Assembly: GCA_943372305.1 (NCBI GenBank)
Contig: CALRYD010000017.1
Coordinates: 11,321-75,320 of the forward strand
Length of the DNA: 64,000 nt
Reading direction: 5' to 3'
From: Hydrogenophaga intermedia
GTDB taxonomy: Bacteria > Pseudomonadota > Gammaproteobacteria > Burkholderiales > Burkholderiaceae_C
This document shows, in pieces, positions 50,447 to 59,163 of this stretch (its first letter is position 1; the number at the start of each line of letters is the position of its first letter). The notes beneath the pieces are model-generated. The model saw nothing but the letters and a program-made list of their open reading frames with translations, had not been told where the DNA came from and did no database searches. Made by a program: the position numbers and the translations under genes.

Positions 50447-50479
50447 AACAAAAAAGCCTGCCGTGGCAACACGGCAGGC
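50447..50479 (-). terminator. Rho-independent terminator after the upstream porin gene
   Basis: GCCTGCCGTG-GCAA-CACGGCAGGC, with TTTTTTGTTTG on the minus strand. Confidence 0.75.
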
Positions 50480-50519
50480 TTTGCTCTGACTTTCTAACTG
50501 GCCGAGGCCAGTGCGGGGA

Positions 50520-51545
50520 TCAGAAGGTGTGGCGGATGCCCAGGTCGTAACCGGTGCGCAGACCATCCTTGGTGAAGAGGCCCTTGTCGTTGCCGTAGGA
50601 GGCGTAGATCTTGGTGCGCTTGCTCAGCATGTAGTCCACGCCCAGGCCCAGCTTCTTGACAACCTTGTCACCCGTAGCGTCGGCCTCGCTCACACCGTAG
50701 CCGCCCTTGATCACGAAAGCACCCATCGGCACAACCGCCATGATGTTCCAGGCCTTGCGATCAAACTCAGCCGGAGAGTCAGCAGCCTTGATGTCGATTT
50801 GCGAGAAACCGCCGCCGACCGTCATGAAGCCCAGGTTGTAGGTGGCCAGGAGGGCCGTGATCTGGTCGTCTTGACGGTTGGATTCCACACCGCCACCGAT
50901 GTACAGAGGACCGGCACCGTAGCTGGCCCACAGGCTGGTGAGGTTCTGGGTGCCAGCTGGCAAAGGCGTAGCGGAGCCAGTGTGCTGCTTGAAACCGTAG
51001 CTGACAGCAGCGGAGAAACCGCCGAATTTCGGCGAGCTGTAGTGGATGGCGTCGGTACGACCCAGACCTGCGGAGCCGGCGTTGTTTTCCTTGTCGGTGG
51101 TGTAACCCGAGGTCAGCACAGCCAAGCTGCCCTGCTGCAGGGTGCCCCACGGGTCGGTCATGTTGACGGGACCTTGGAAAGCGGTCAGTGCACGACCCAG
51201 CTTGACGGCACCGAAGCCACCGGACAGGCCGACGGTCGACTCACCCTGGAAGGTGGGACGGTTGAACGTGGTGCCGTCGTTACCACCCGACTCCGGGCTG
51301 AAGCGCTGGGCCAGCGTGAAGTGGGCCTTCAGGCCACCGCCCAGGTCTTCGGTACCCAGGAAACGGATCTGGTTGGCGCCATTGGTGGCGTCCAGACGCA
51401 TCGGGTTTTCGGTAGCGGAAGACGTGATACCGATGATGGGCTTGACTAGACCCAGGTCGACAGCACCGTCGATGGTCACGGAAGATTGTGCGAAGGCAGC
51501 GCCGGTGGCGGCCACGGCAGCCAGAGCGATCAGGGTCTTTTTCAT
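50520..51545 (-). CDS. outer-membrane porin (paralog)
   Basis: About 341 aa from the ATG at 51545 (MKKTLIALAAVAATGAAFAQSSVTIDG...), ending ..LGIRHTF. Confidence 0.9.
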   Translation of the reverse strand: MKKTLIALAAVAATGAAFAQSSVTIDGAVDLGLVKPIIGITSSATENPMRLDATNGANQIRFLGTEDLGGGLKAHFTLAQRFSPESGGNDGTTFNRPTFQGESTVGLSGGFGAVKLGRALTAFQGPVNMTDPWGTLQQGSLAVLTSGYTTDKENNAGSAGLGRTDAIHYSSPKFGGFSAAVSYGFKQHTGSATPLPAGTQNLTSLWASYGAGPLYIGGGVESNRQDDQITALLATYNLGFMTVGGGFSQIDIKAADSPAEFDRKAWNIMAVVPMGAFVIKGGYGVSEADATGDKVVKKLGLGVDYMLSKRTKIYASYGNDKGLFTKDGLRTGYDLGIRHTF

Positions 51546-51835
51546 TGAGGAGTTCTCCAAGGTTGATAAAGAGGCTGAAGGAAACGACCTTCGATGCCGA
51601 CCTCCGTTTTGTGGAAGCTGAAGTCATTGCACCAGAAGGCGCCCCCGGCCGTCACCGTCAACCCGCACGGTCGCGGGAAAACCCTTGCACATCTTGTTGC
51701 ATCGTGGCGACAAACCACCGTGCCCCATGACTTGGCAACGAGACGCCCACCCACTGATGGGTCCGCACACCCTTTCAGCCACCTGCTTTTCGGTGCTTGA
51801 ACCATACTGTCGGTTTTGATTTGCGGAGCTTCCTC

Positions 51836-52477
51836 ATGACACTGGATCCCGTCCTGACGGCCGCCGACTCGGCGCTGCGCACGCTGTTCGCCGCCCCCCG
51901 GGCCTCCCGCTCTTGCCCCACGCTGCCCGAATCGCCCGAAACGTCGCTGGGCGATGCGGACAGAGCGCTCGCAGGGTCGCTGATGCGCGTGAACCACGTG
52001 GGCGAAGTCTGTGCGCAGGCGCTCTACACCTCACAGGCGCTGGCTGCGCGCTGGCAAGCGGCTGGCAACGAGGCGCTGGCACAGCGACTGGAAGCGGCTG
52101 GCCGCGAAGAAACCGATCACCTGGCCTGGACGAAAGAACGGCTGGATGAACTGGGTGCCCGCCCTTCCCTGCTGAACCCGCTCTGGTACGCCGGCGCCTT
52201 CGGTCTGGGGCTGCTGGCCGGGCGACTCGGGCCGGGGGTCAGCCTGGGTTTTGTGGTGGAAACCGAGCGGCAGGTGGAGGCGCACCTGGCCAGCCACCTG
52301 GACCGGCTGCCTGCCCACGACCACGCATCGCGCGCCATCGTGGCGCAGATGAAAGACGACGAAGCCCGCCACGCTCGGGAGGCACAGCACGCCGGAGCGA
52401 GCGAGTTGCCTGTGCCGGTCAAGGGCCTGATGCGGCTGGCGGCCAGGGTCATGACCACCGTGGCGCACCGCATCTGA
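51836..52477 (+). CDS. coq7: demethoxyubiquinone hydroxylase Coq7 (di-iron)
   Basis: 213 aa from the ATG at 51836 with [14 protein letters not shown] and ExxH di-iron motifs (EETDHL, DEARH). Confidence 0.9.
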   Translation: MTLDPVLTAADSALRTLFAAPRASRSCPTLPESPETSLGDADRALAGSLMRVNHVGEVCAQALYTSQALAARWQAAGNEALAQRLEAAGREETDHLAWTKERLDELGARPSLLNPLWYAGAFGLGLLAGRLGPGVSLGFVVETERQVEAHLASHLDRLPAHDHASRAIVAQMKDDEARHAREAQHAGASELPVPVKGLMRLAARVMTTVAHRI

Positions 52478-52485
52478 AGCACAGA

Positions 52486-52935
52486 TCAGACTTCGACGAG
52501 GTCGAAGCCCGTGGTGATGTCGGCGGTTTTGCCCAGCATGATGCTGGCCGAGCAGTATTTGTCGTGGCTCATGGCGATGGCGCGCTCCACCGCCGAGGCG
52601 GGAATGCCTTTGCCGGTGACGGTGAACTGCATGTGGATCTTGGTGAAAACCTTGGGATCTGTCTCAGCGCGCTCGGTGGTGAGCTTGACGCTGCAGCCGC
52701 GCACGTCGTGTCGGCCGCGCTTGAGGATGAGCACCACGTCGTAAGCGGTACAGCCACCGGTGCCGGCCAGCACGGTTTCCATGGGACGCGGCGCCAGGTT
52801 GGCGCCGCCGTTTTCAGGCTTGGCCGCGTCGGGCGCGCCGTCCATCACCAGCACATGGCCGCTGCCGGTTTCGGCGACAAACCCCATGTTCGAGCGGGTG
52901 CCGGTGGCGCCGGTCCAGGTGACGGTGCATTCCAT
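52486..52935 (-). CDS. OsmC family peroxiredoxin-like protein
   Basis: 149 aa with the two conserved Cys regions (GGCTAYD, DKYCSAS). Confidence 0.85.
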   Translation of the reverse strand: MECTVTWTGATGTRSNMGFVAETGSGHVLVMDGAPDAAKPENGGANLAPRPMETVLAGTGGCTAYDVVLILKRGRHDVRGCSVKLTTERAETDPKVFTKIHMQFTVTGKGIPASAVERAIAMSHDKYCSASIMLGKTADITTGFDLVEV

Positions 52936-53092
52936 GGTGGGGTCCAGTTGTGAGATTGGTTACGGTTTTTGGAAGAAGCTCTCTAAAAGATAGCAATTGG
53001 CCGTCTTTGCATGTTGCGTTGCAGCATGGCTTCGATATACTCGCGACATTGTATTGAAGGTTGTCTCCTCTACCCTCCACGGGTGGATTCAA

Positions 53093-53126
53093 ACCCGGAC
53101 CGGCTCAGCCGGCCCGGGTTTTTTTT
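53093..53126 (+). terminator. strong orphan Rho-independent terminator upstream of ilvA
   Basis: ACCCGGACCGGC-TCA-GCCGGCCCGGGT followed by TTTTTTTT. No plus-strand CDS precedes it. Confidence 0.6.
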
Positions 53127-53219
53127 GTCCTGGGCGGGCGCAGCCCACCCGGACCAGCCCGGTCAGGCCGGTTTTTCCGTCCAGACCGGCTGGCTATGAT
53201 GGGCGCCCAAGGAAAAACC

Positions 53220-54818
53220 ATGCCCGCACGCCCGAACAAGTCCCCCGCTGTCGCCGAATCTCCCGTCACCACGCTCGGACCGGCCGACTATCTCAAGAAG
53301 ATCCTGACGGCCCGGGTGTACGACGTGGCGGTGGAGTCGCCGCTGGAGGTGGCCAAGAACCTGAGCCGCCGCCTGCACAACACGGTGCTGCTCAAGCGCG
53401 AGGACCAGCAGCCGGTGTTCAGCTTCAAGCTGCGCGGCGCGTACAACAAGATGGCGCACCTGACGCCCGCACAGCTCAAAAAGGGCGTGATCTGCGCTTC
53501 GGCCGGCAACCACGCCCAGGGCGTGGCGCTGGGCGCCTCGAAACTGGGCACTCGGGCCGTGATCGTGATGCCCACGACCACGCCGCAGGTCAAGATCGAT
53601 GCCGTCAAGGCGCTCGGTGGCGAGGTGCAGTTGCACGGCGACAGCTATTCCGACGCCTACGGCCACGCGGTGACCCTGCAGAAGAAAGAAGGCCTGACCT
53701 TCGTGCACCCTTTCGACGACCCGCTGGTCATCGCCGGCCAAGGAACGATTGCCATGGAAGTGCTGCGCCAGGTGCAAAGCCTGGGCTCCAACCACCTGGA
53801 CGCGGTGTTCGTGGCCATTGGCGGCGGCGGACTGATCTCGGGCGTGGCCAACTACATCAAGGCCGTGCGTCCCGAGGTCAAGGTCATCGGCGTGCAGATG
53901 AACGACTCGGACGCGATGATGCGGTCGGTGCACGCCGGCGAGCGGGTGACGCTGCCCGACGTGGGCCTGTTCTCCGACGGCACGGCGGTCAAGCTGGTCG
54001 GGGAAGAAACCTTCCGGGTGGCCAGCGGCCTGGTCGACGAGTTCATGACGGTGGACACCGACGCGGTGTGCGCAGCCATCAAGGACATCTTTGTGGACAC
54101 GCGCTCCATCGTGGAGCCGGCCGGCGCGCTGGCGGTGGCCGCCATCAAGCAGTACGTCGCGAAAAACAAGACAAAGGGCGAGACCTACGCCGCCATCCTG
54201 TGCGGCGCGAACATGAACTTCGACCGCCTGCGCTTCGTGGCCGAGCGCGCCGAAGTGGGCGAAGAGCGCGAAGCGCTGTTTGCGGTGACCATTCCCGAGG
54301 AGCGCGGCAGCTTCAAGCGCTTTCTGGAGACCATCGGCAACCTACCGGGCGGCCCGCGCAATGTGACCGAGTTCAACTACCGCATCGGCAACGCCGAGAC
54401 CGCACACGTGTTCATGGGGCTGACCACGCACGGCAAAGGCGAGTCCACCAAAATCGCAGCGAACTTCCGTCGACAGGGCTTTGAGGCGCTGGACCTGACA
54501 CACGACGACCTGGCCAAGGAACACGTCCGCCACATGGTTGGGGGCCATTCGCCGCTGGCGCAGGACGAGCGCCTGCTGCGCTTCGTGTTCCCAGAGCGCC
54601 CCGGTGCCTTGCTCAAATTCCTGAGCCTGATGCGCCCGGGCTGGAACATCAGCCTGTTCCACTACCGCAACCAGGGCGCCGACTACGGGCGCATCCTGGT
54701 GGGGCTGCAGGTGCCGCCCAAGGACCACAAGGCGTTCGACAAGTTCTTACACACCTTGGGGTACCCGTTCGTCGAAGAAACCCACAATCCCGTGTACCGT
54801 CTGTTCCTCAAGAGCTGA
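53220..54818 (+). CDS. ilvA: biosynthetic threonine ammonia-lyase (threonine dehydratase)
   Basis: 532 aa from the ATG at 53220. PLP site FSFKLRGAYN, SAGNHAQG, and two C-terminal regulatory ACT-like repeats. Confidence 0.95.
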   Translation: MPARPNKSPAVAESPVTTLGPADYLKKILTARVYDVAVESPLEVAKNLSRRLHNTVLLKREDQQPVFSFKLRGAYNKMAHLTPAQLKKGVICASAGNHAQGVALGASKLGTRAVIVMPTTTPQVKIDAVKALGGEVQLHGDSYSDAYGHAVTLQKKEGLTFVHPFDDPLVIAGQGTIAMEVLRQVQSLGSNHLDAVFVAIGGGGLISGVANYIKAVRPEVKVIGVQMNDSDAMMRSVHAGERVTLPDVGLFSDGTAVKLVGEETFRVASGLVDEFMTVDTDAVCAAIKDIFVDTRSIVEPAGALAVAAIKQYVAKNKTKGETYAAILCGANMNFDRLRFVAERAEVGEEREALFAVTIPEERGSFKRFLETIGNLPGGPRNVTEFNYRIGNAETAHVFMGLTTHGKGESTKIAANFRRQGFEALDLTHDDLAKEHVRHMVGGHSPLAQDERLLRFVFPERPGALLKFLSLMRPGWNISLFHYRNQGADYGRILVGLQVPPKDHKAFDKFLHTLGYPFVEETHNPVYRLFLKS

Positions 54819-54830
54819 CCGCACCCCCAG

Positions 54831-55919
54831 ATGATCATCAAGCCCTTCCCTGCCAGCGACGATGCCCCACAGATCGCGGATAGGCTGGCGGGTTTGCGGC
54901 TGCCGACCATCCAACCCACCGCCGACGCCGTGCTCGACACCGAGCTGCGCAAGCGTTTGCACCGGGGCGAACTGCCCGACCACGCGCTGGGGCGCCTGGA
55001 AACGCTGTTGCTGCAACTGGCGCGCATCCAAAACGCTTCGCCTTTCCCGTTCGATCTGCTGGCTTTTGACTCGCCTCAATTGGTGGTGTTCGCCGCCGAC
55101 CACGGGATTTCCGATGAAGGCGTCTCGCTGTTCCCCCAGTCGGCCACCCGTCAGCGCATCGGACAGTTGCTCAAGGGTGCATCCGCGACCAACACCCTGG
55201 CCGACCTGCACGGGTTCGACCTGACCGTGGTGGACGCTGGTGTGTCCACCCACCTGCAACCGCCAGCCCATCTCAAGGCGGGCGTGTCGCTGCAGTTGCG
55301 CAAGATCGGCTACGCCACCCGCAACATCGTGCTCAGCCCGGCCATGTCGGTGACCCAGGCCGTGTCGGCGCTGCACGCGGGCATGGACGTGGTGCACCAC
55401 CTGCCAGGCAATGTGGTCGCGCTGGGCGACGTGGGTGTGGGCAGCACGTCGTGTGCAGCCTTGCTGCTCTCACGCCTGTGCGGCGTGCCGCTGGCCGATG
55501 CCTGCGGCCGCGGCAGCGGTCTGGACGATGCCCAGTTGCAGCACAAGCTGGAGAAGCTGTTCGCGGCGGCCTCAAGGCACCGCAAGGCCACGGCCCCGCT
55601 GGACGTGCTGGCGGCCATGGGCGGCTTCGAGATCGCGATGATGGCCGGCGCCATGTTGCAGGCCGCGTCGGAGCGGCGCGTGGTGCTGGTGGACGGCTTC
55701 GTGGCCGGCGCCGCGGCGCTGGTGGCGCGCGGTCTGGTACCCGCCGTGACCGACTACCTCGTGTTCACCCACCGTTCCGCCGAACCCGGCCACCGCCTGC
55801 TGCTGATCCACCTGCAGGCACAGCCCCTGCTGGACATGGAACTGCGCGTGGGCCAAGGCATGGGGGCGTTGCTGGCCTGGCCGCTGCTGCAGACTGCGCA
55901 GCGCCTGCTGGAACACTGA
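54831..55919 (+). CDS. cobT: nicotinate-nucleotide--dimethylbenzimidazole phosphoribosyltransferase-like protein
   Basis: 362 aa with CobT-like segments (VVFAADHGISDEGVS, DVGVGSTS, GGFEIAMMAGAML). Confidence 0.75.
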   Translation: MIIKPFPASDDAPQIADRLAGLRLPTIQPTADAVLDTELRKRLHRGELPDHALGRLETLLLQLARIQNASPFPFDLLAFDSPQLVVFAADHGISDEGVSLFPQSATRQRIGQLLKGASATNTLADLHGFDLTVVDAGVSTHLQPPAHLKAGVSLQLRKIGYATRNIVLSPAMSVTQAVSALHAGMDVVHHLPGNVVALGDVGVGSTSCAALLLSRLCGVPLADACGRGSGLDDAQLQHKLEKLFAAASRHRKATAPLDVLAAMGGFEIAMMAGAMLQAASERRVVLVDGFVAGAAALVARGLVPAVTDYLVFTHRSAEPGHRLLLIHLQAQPLLDMELRVGQGMGALLAWPLLQTAQRLLEH

Positions 55920-55942
55920 CGGCTCCACAGCGCGCCGGCGGT

Positions 55943-56431
55943 TCAGTTCTTGGGTGGGAGCGGCAGGCTCAGTTCCACCGTGGCGGGGCCCGTGCTGCTG
56001 GCGCCCAGCTTTACCCCCAGGCGATCCACCGACTGCAGCACCAGCCCGCCTTCCAGCGCCGCGCCCACGGTGTAGGGCCTCGGAGGCTGGCTGTCGATCG
56101 CGATGAGCGCGGCGCCCTGGCGACCGGCCTGATCCACCACGCCGAGCAGGCGGTACCGCGCAGACGCGGCCAATGGCGCTGGCGCTTCAGCGGCGGCCAC
56201 CGGCGCCGCTGCTCCCAGGGCCCGGGCCACCGCGGCCGTGTCACTGCCCACGGGCGCCGCCGATGCCGCCGCCACTGGCGTGACCGGGCTGCGCCCCCAG
56301 GCCAGCAGCACCCAGTAACCGGCACTCAACCCTGCCGCCAGCCACAGCAACCCCGCAGCCAGCGCGGGCACCAGGCCCGGGGCAGACAGAGAGGGCTGCG
56401 CCAGACGGCGCGCACGGATGGCCTTGTTCAT
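55943..56431 (-). CDS. gspC: type II secretion system protein GspC-like (HR domain only)
   Basis: About 162 aa from the ATG at 56431. One TM segment, then YRLLGVV...GAALIAID..PRPYTVGAALEGGLVLQSV, typical of GspC-family HR domains. Divergent from gspG. Confidence 0.55.
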   Translation of the reverse strand: MNKAIRARRLAQPSLSAPGLVPALAAGLLWLAAGLSAGYWVLLAWGRSPVTPVAAASAAPVGSDTAAVARALGAAAPVAAAEAPAPLAASARYRLLGVVDQAGRQGAALIAIDSQPPRPYTVGAALEGGLVLQSVDRLGVKLGASSTGPATVELSLPLPPKN

Positions 56432-56553
56432 GGGCGCATTATGATCGACCGACACAGCGCAATCCCAGGCCAGAAAGAGCCGGTTGCGCGCCTTGCACAG
56501 CACCATCCGCAAGCCCGTCGCCAGGGCATGCCCGACCGAACCCGGAGACCGCT

Positions 56554-57003
56554 TTGACACAACCTCACCCCCTGCGCCACACCGCCCGCCGCGCCCTGGT
56601 GCGCGGCTTCACGCTGATCGAACTGATGGTGGTGCTGGTCATCATTGGTGTGCTGGCCGCGCTGATCGTGCCCAACGTGCTGGACCGCGCCGACGACGCC
56701 CGAGTGACCGCCGCCAAGACCGACGTCAACAACCTGATGCAGGCGCTCAAGCTCTACAAGCTGGACAACCAGCGCTACCCGACCAGCGAACAGGGCCTGA
56801 ACGCCCTGGTGGCCAAGCCGGGTGCCGGCCCCGTTCCACCCAACTGGCGGCCTTACCTGGACAAGTTGCCCGCCGACCCCTGGAGCCGGCCATACCAGTA
56901 CCTGAGCCCGGGCCTGCACGGCGAAGTCGACGTGCTGTCGCTGGGGGCGGACGGACAGGCCGGTGGCGAAGGCAAGGACGCCGACATCGGCAGCTGGCAG
57001 TGA
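56554..57003 (+). CDS. gspG: type II secretion major pseudopilin GspG
   Basis: 149 aa with the prepilin site RGFTLIELMVV and a conserved GspG core (DNQRYPTSEQGLNALV...DPWSRPYQY...LGADGQ.GG). Confidence 0.95.
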   Translation: MTQPHPLRHTARRALVRGFTLIELMVVLVIIGVLAALIVPNVLDRADDARVTAAKTDVNNLMQALKLYKLDNQRYPTSEQGLNALVAKPGAGPVPPNWRPYLDKLPADPWSRPYQYLSPGLHGEVDVLSLGADGQAGGEGKDADIGSWQ

Positions 57004-57004
57004 G

Positions 57005-57096
57005 CCCCCCCCTGCGCCGCTGCGCGGCTTCCCCCCCTGCTGCGCGGGGGGGACGGCCGCTGTGGCCCGGCAAAGCCGGTTCCACGCGGCCCCTGG
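57005..57096 (+). repeat. GC-rich REP-like element (family copy) between gspG and gspH
   Basis: CCCCCCCTGCGCCGCTGCGCGGCTTCCCCCCCTGCTGCGCGGGGGGGACGGCCGC...GCGGCCCCTGG. Confidence 0.75.
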
Positions 57097-57120
57097 ATAG
57101 AAGACACCTCGGCCTCCACC

Positions 57121-57590
57121 ATGTCCTCGCGTCGCGCTGTGCGCAAGGTTTCACGCTGCTAGAACTGATGCTTGTGGTGGCCATCATCGCGCTGGCCACC
57201 GCGGGCGTGAGCTTGGCGCTGCGGGACAGCGACAGCACGCAGCTGGAACGCGAGGCGCTACGCCTGTCGGCGCTGCTCGAATCGGCCCGCGCCCAGTCGC
57301 GTACCAGCGGGGTACCGGTGCTCTGGCGCAGCACCGGCAGTGGCTTCGAATTCATCGGGGTGGCGCCCACGCCCGGCTCGGCAGACGGGCTGTCCAACAC
57401 CCGCAGCTGGCTGAGTGCGGACACACGGGCCCAGATCACGCAGCCCGCCGATGCGGCGGTGCTGGTGCTGGGTCCGGAGCCGCTGATCGCCGCGCAACGG
57501 CTGGTGTTGCTGCAAGGTGACCGGCGCCTGAGTCTGGGCACCGACGGGCTGGCACCGTTCGCGGTGGTGCCCGAGGGCGCCACACCATGA
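57121..57590 (+). CDS. gspH: type II secretion minor pseudopilin GspH (apparent 1-nt frameshift 9 codons after the ATG)
   Basis: The frame containing GFTLLELMLVVAIIALA...(to 57590) has no nearby in-frame start. The ATG at 57121 encodes MSSRRAVRK and then hits TAG. Adding one G after AAG (57147) would give MSSRRAVRKGFTLLELM. Confidence 0.7.
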
Positions 57591-57964
57591 CGAACAGGCG
57601 CCGCAGCCGGGGCTTCACCCTGATCGAGGTGCTGGTCGCGCTGGCGGTGGTGGCCATCACCCTGGCCGCCGGGCTGCAGGCCACTGGTGCCCTGACCCGC
57701 GCCGCCAGCCGCCAAAGCGACCAATGGCTGGCCCAGCTCTGCGCCGAAAACGAGCTCACCCGGCTGCGCCTGGCGCGCCAGCTGCCCGGTGTAGGTGAGT
57801 CCAGCGCCGACTGCACACAGGCCGGCCAGACGCTGGCGGTGCGTCTGGTGGTCGCACCCACGCCCAACCCGAACTTCCGGCGCATCGACGCGGTGGTGGA
57901 GGGCCCGGTCGACGGTGCAACGGTGCGCTTGCTGATGCTGTCCACTGTGATGGGGCGGTATTAG
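57587..57964 (+). CDS. gspI: type II secretion minor pseudopilin GspI
   Basis: 125 aa with the prepilin site SRGFTLIEVLVALAV. ATGA overlap with the gspH stop. Confidence 0.9.
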   Translation: MTNRRRSRGFTLIEVLVALAVVAITLAAGLQATGALTRAASRQSDQWLAQLCAENELTRLRLARQLPGVGESSADCTQAGQTLAVRLVVAPTPNPNFRRIDAVVEGPVDGATVRLLMLSTVMGRY

Positions 57965-57969
57965 ATGGA

Positions 57970-58323
57970 CCCCCACGCTCCACCGCTGCGCGGGTCGCTG
58001 CCCCCCGAGGGGGCTGGGCCTGCCTTAGGGCGGCCCGGCGGCTGGCCCGTTTTGCGCCCCCACGCTCCACTGCTGCGCGGGTCGCTGCCCCTCGAGGGGG
58101 CTGGGCCTGCCTTGGGGCGGCCCGGCGGCTGGCCCGTTTTGCGCCCCCACGCTCCACCGCCGCGCGGGTCGCTGCCCCTCGAGGGGGCTGGGCCCGCCTT
58201 GGGGCGGCCCGGCGGCTGGCCCGTCTTGCGCCCCCACGCTCCACCGCTGCGCGTCTTCCCCCCCTGCTGCGCGGGGAGGACGGCACCTGTGGCCGGGCCA
58301 AGCCCGTTCCACGGCGCCACTGG
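57970..58323 (+). repeat. 87-bp tandem repeat (3 units) plus one REP-family unit in the gspI-gspJ spacer
   Basis: CCCCCACGCTCC units start at 57970, 58057, 58144 and 58231. The fourth switches into the REP-family tail (..CTTCCCCCCTGCTGCGCGGGGAGGACGGC...CACTGG). Confidence 0.88.
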
Positions 58324-58363
58324 ACCGAGACACTCGCTTCCGAGTGACGCTTGGCATCTGCCT

Positions 58364-59056
58364 GTGCGCCGCTCCCGCGGCTTCACCCTCATCGAACTGC
58401 TGGTGGCCATCTCGGTGATGGCACTGCTTGCGGTGCTGAGCTGGCGCTCCATCGACGGCATGACGCGCACGCAGGCGCTGACCCAGCAGCGCGCGGACCA
58501 GCTGCTGCGCCTGCAGGCGGCGCTGGGCCAGTGGGGGGCCGATCTGGATGCGATCACCGACACGCAGGAGGTGGACCCTCTGGACTACAACGGCCGGCTG
58601 CTGCGCCTGACGCGGCGCGACAGCGGCGAGACCGGACTGGACAGCGCCGGCGTGCGCGTGGTGGCGTGGACGCGGCTGGACGGGCAGTGGATGCGCTGGC
58701 AGTCGGGCCCGCTGCAGCACCGCGACGATCTGGCCCGTGCCTGGCAACGCGCAGCGCTGTGGGGCCAAGCGTCGGCGCCCGACGCCGCGCAACGCAGCGA
58801 GGCCGACAGCGCGGTGGCGGTCGCTGCCGTCGACCAGTGGCAAATCTTCTACCACCGCGGTCAAACCTGGGGCAACCCGCTCTCGTCGGTGGGCAACGAG
58901 GCAGAGGGCCCTGGCGCAGGAACAGGAACAGGAACAGGCACCCGAACCAGCCTGCCCAACGGCGTGCGCCTGGTGCTTACTCTGAGCACAGGACAAGCGA
59001 TGCAGGGAACGCTCACCCGCGATTGGGTGCGCCCCACGCTGGAGGCGGGACAGTGA
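58364..59056 (+). CDS. gspJ: type II secretion minor pseudopilin GspJ
   Basis: GTG at 58364 gives VRRSRGFTLIELLVAISVMALL... (230 aa). The upstream part of the 363-aa track ORF is translated repeat DNA. Confidence 0.85.
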   Translation: MRRSRGFTLIELLVAISVMALLAVLSWRSIDGMTRTQALTQQRADQLLRLQAALGQWGADLDAITDTQEVDPLDYNGRLLRLTRRDSGETGLDSAGVRVVAWTRLDGQWMRWQSGPLQHRDDLARAWQRAALWGQASAPDAAQRSEADSAVAVAAVDQWQIFYHRGQTWGNPLSSVGNEAEGPGAGTGTGTGTRTSLPNGVRLVLTLSTGQAMQGTLTRDWVRPTLEAGQ

Positions 59057-59061
59057 TGAAT

Positions 59062-59142
59062 CCCCCCCGCGCCGCTTCGCGTCACCCCCCCGCGGGGGGG
59101 CGGCACTGGCCGTCCGGCCAAGCCGGCCCGGCGGTGCCCTGG
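59062..59142 (+). repeat. GC-rich REP-like element (family copy) at the gspJ-gspK junction
   Basis: CCCCCCCGCGCCGCTTCGCGTCACCCCCCCGCGGGGGGGCGGCACTGGCC...GGTGCCCTGG. Confidence 0.7.
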
Positions 59143-59163
59143 CAAGACGCCTCCTCGCGTCGG

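Noticed and set aside
53078-53105. tRNA-like T-arm string (GGTGGATTCAAACCCGG)
   Set aside because: No acceptor stem, D-arm or anticodon arm can be folded around it. The sequence is better explained as the 5' half of the terminator hairpin.
56484-57590. 368-aa ORF apparently encoding a long GspH precursor
   Set aside because: Its first roughly 220 codons overlap gspG out of frame and then translate a REP element. Only the last roughly 148 codons are GspH-like. See the gspH frameshift finding.
57965-58363. Repeated peptide PHAPPLRGSLPPEGAGPALGRPGGWPVLR x3 at the N-terminus of the 363-aa ORF, as a possible repeat protein
   Set aside because: The repeats are the 87-bp intergenic REP-type array read in frame. 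The real GspJ prepilin leader (VRRSRGFTLIELL) starts at the GTG at 58364. The same DNA elements occur in non-coding spacers elsewhere and in both orientations.
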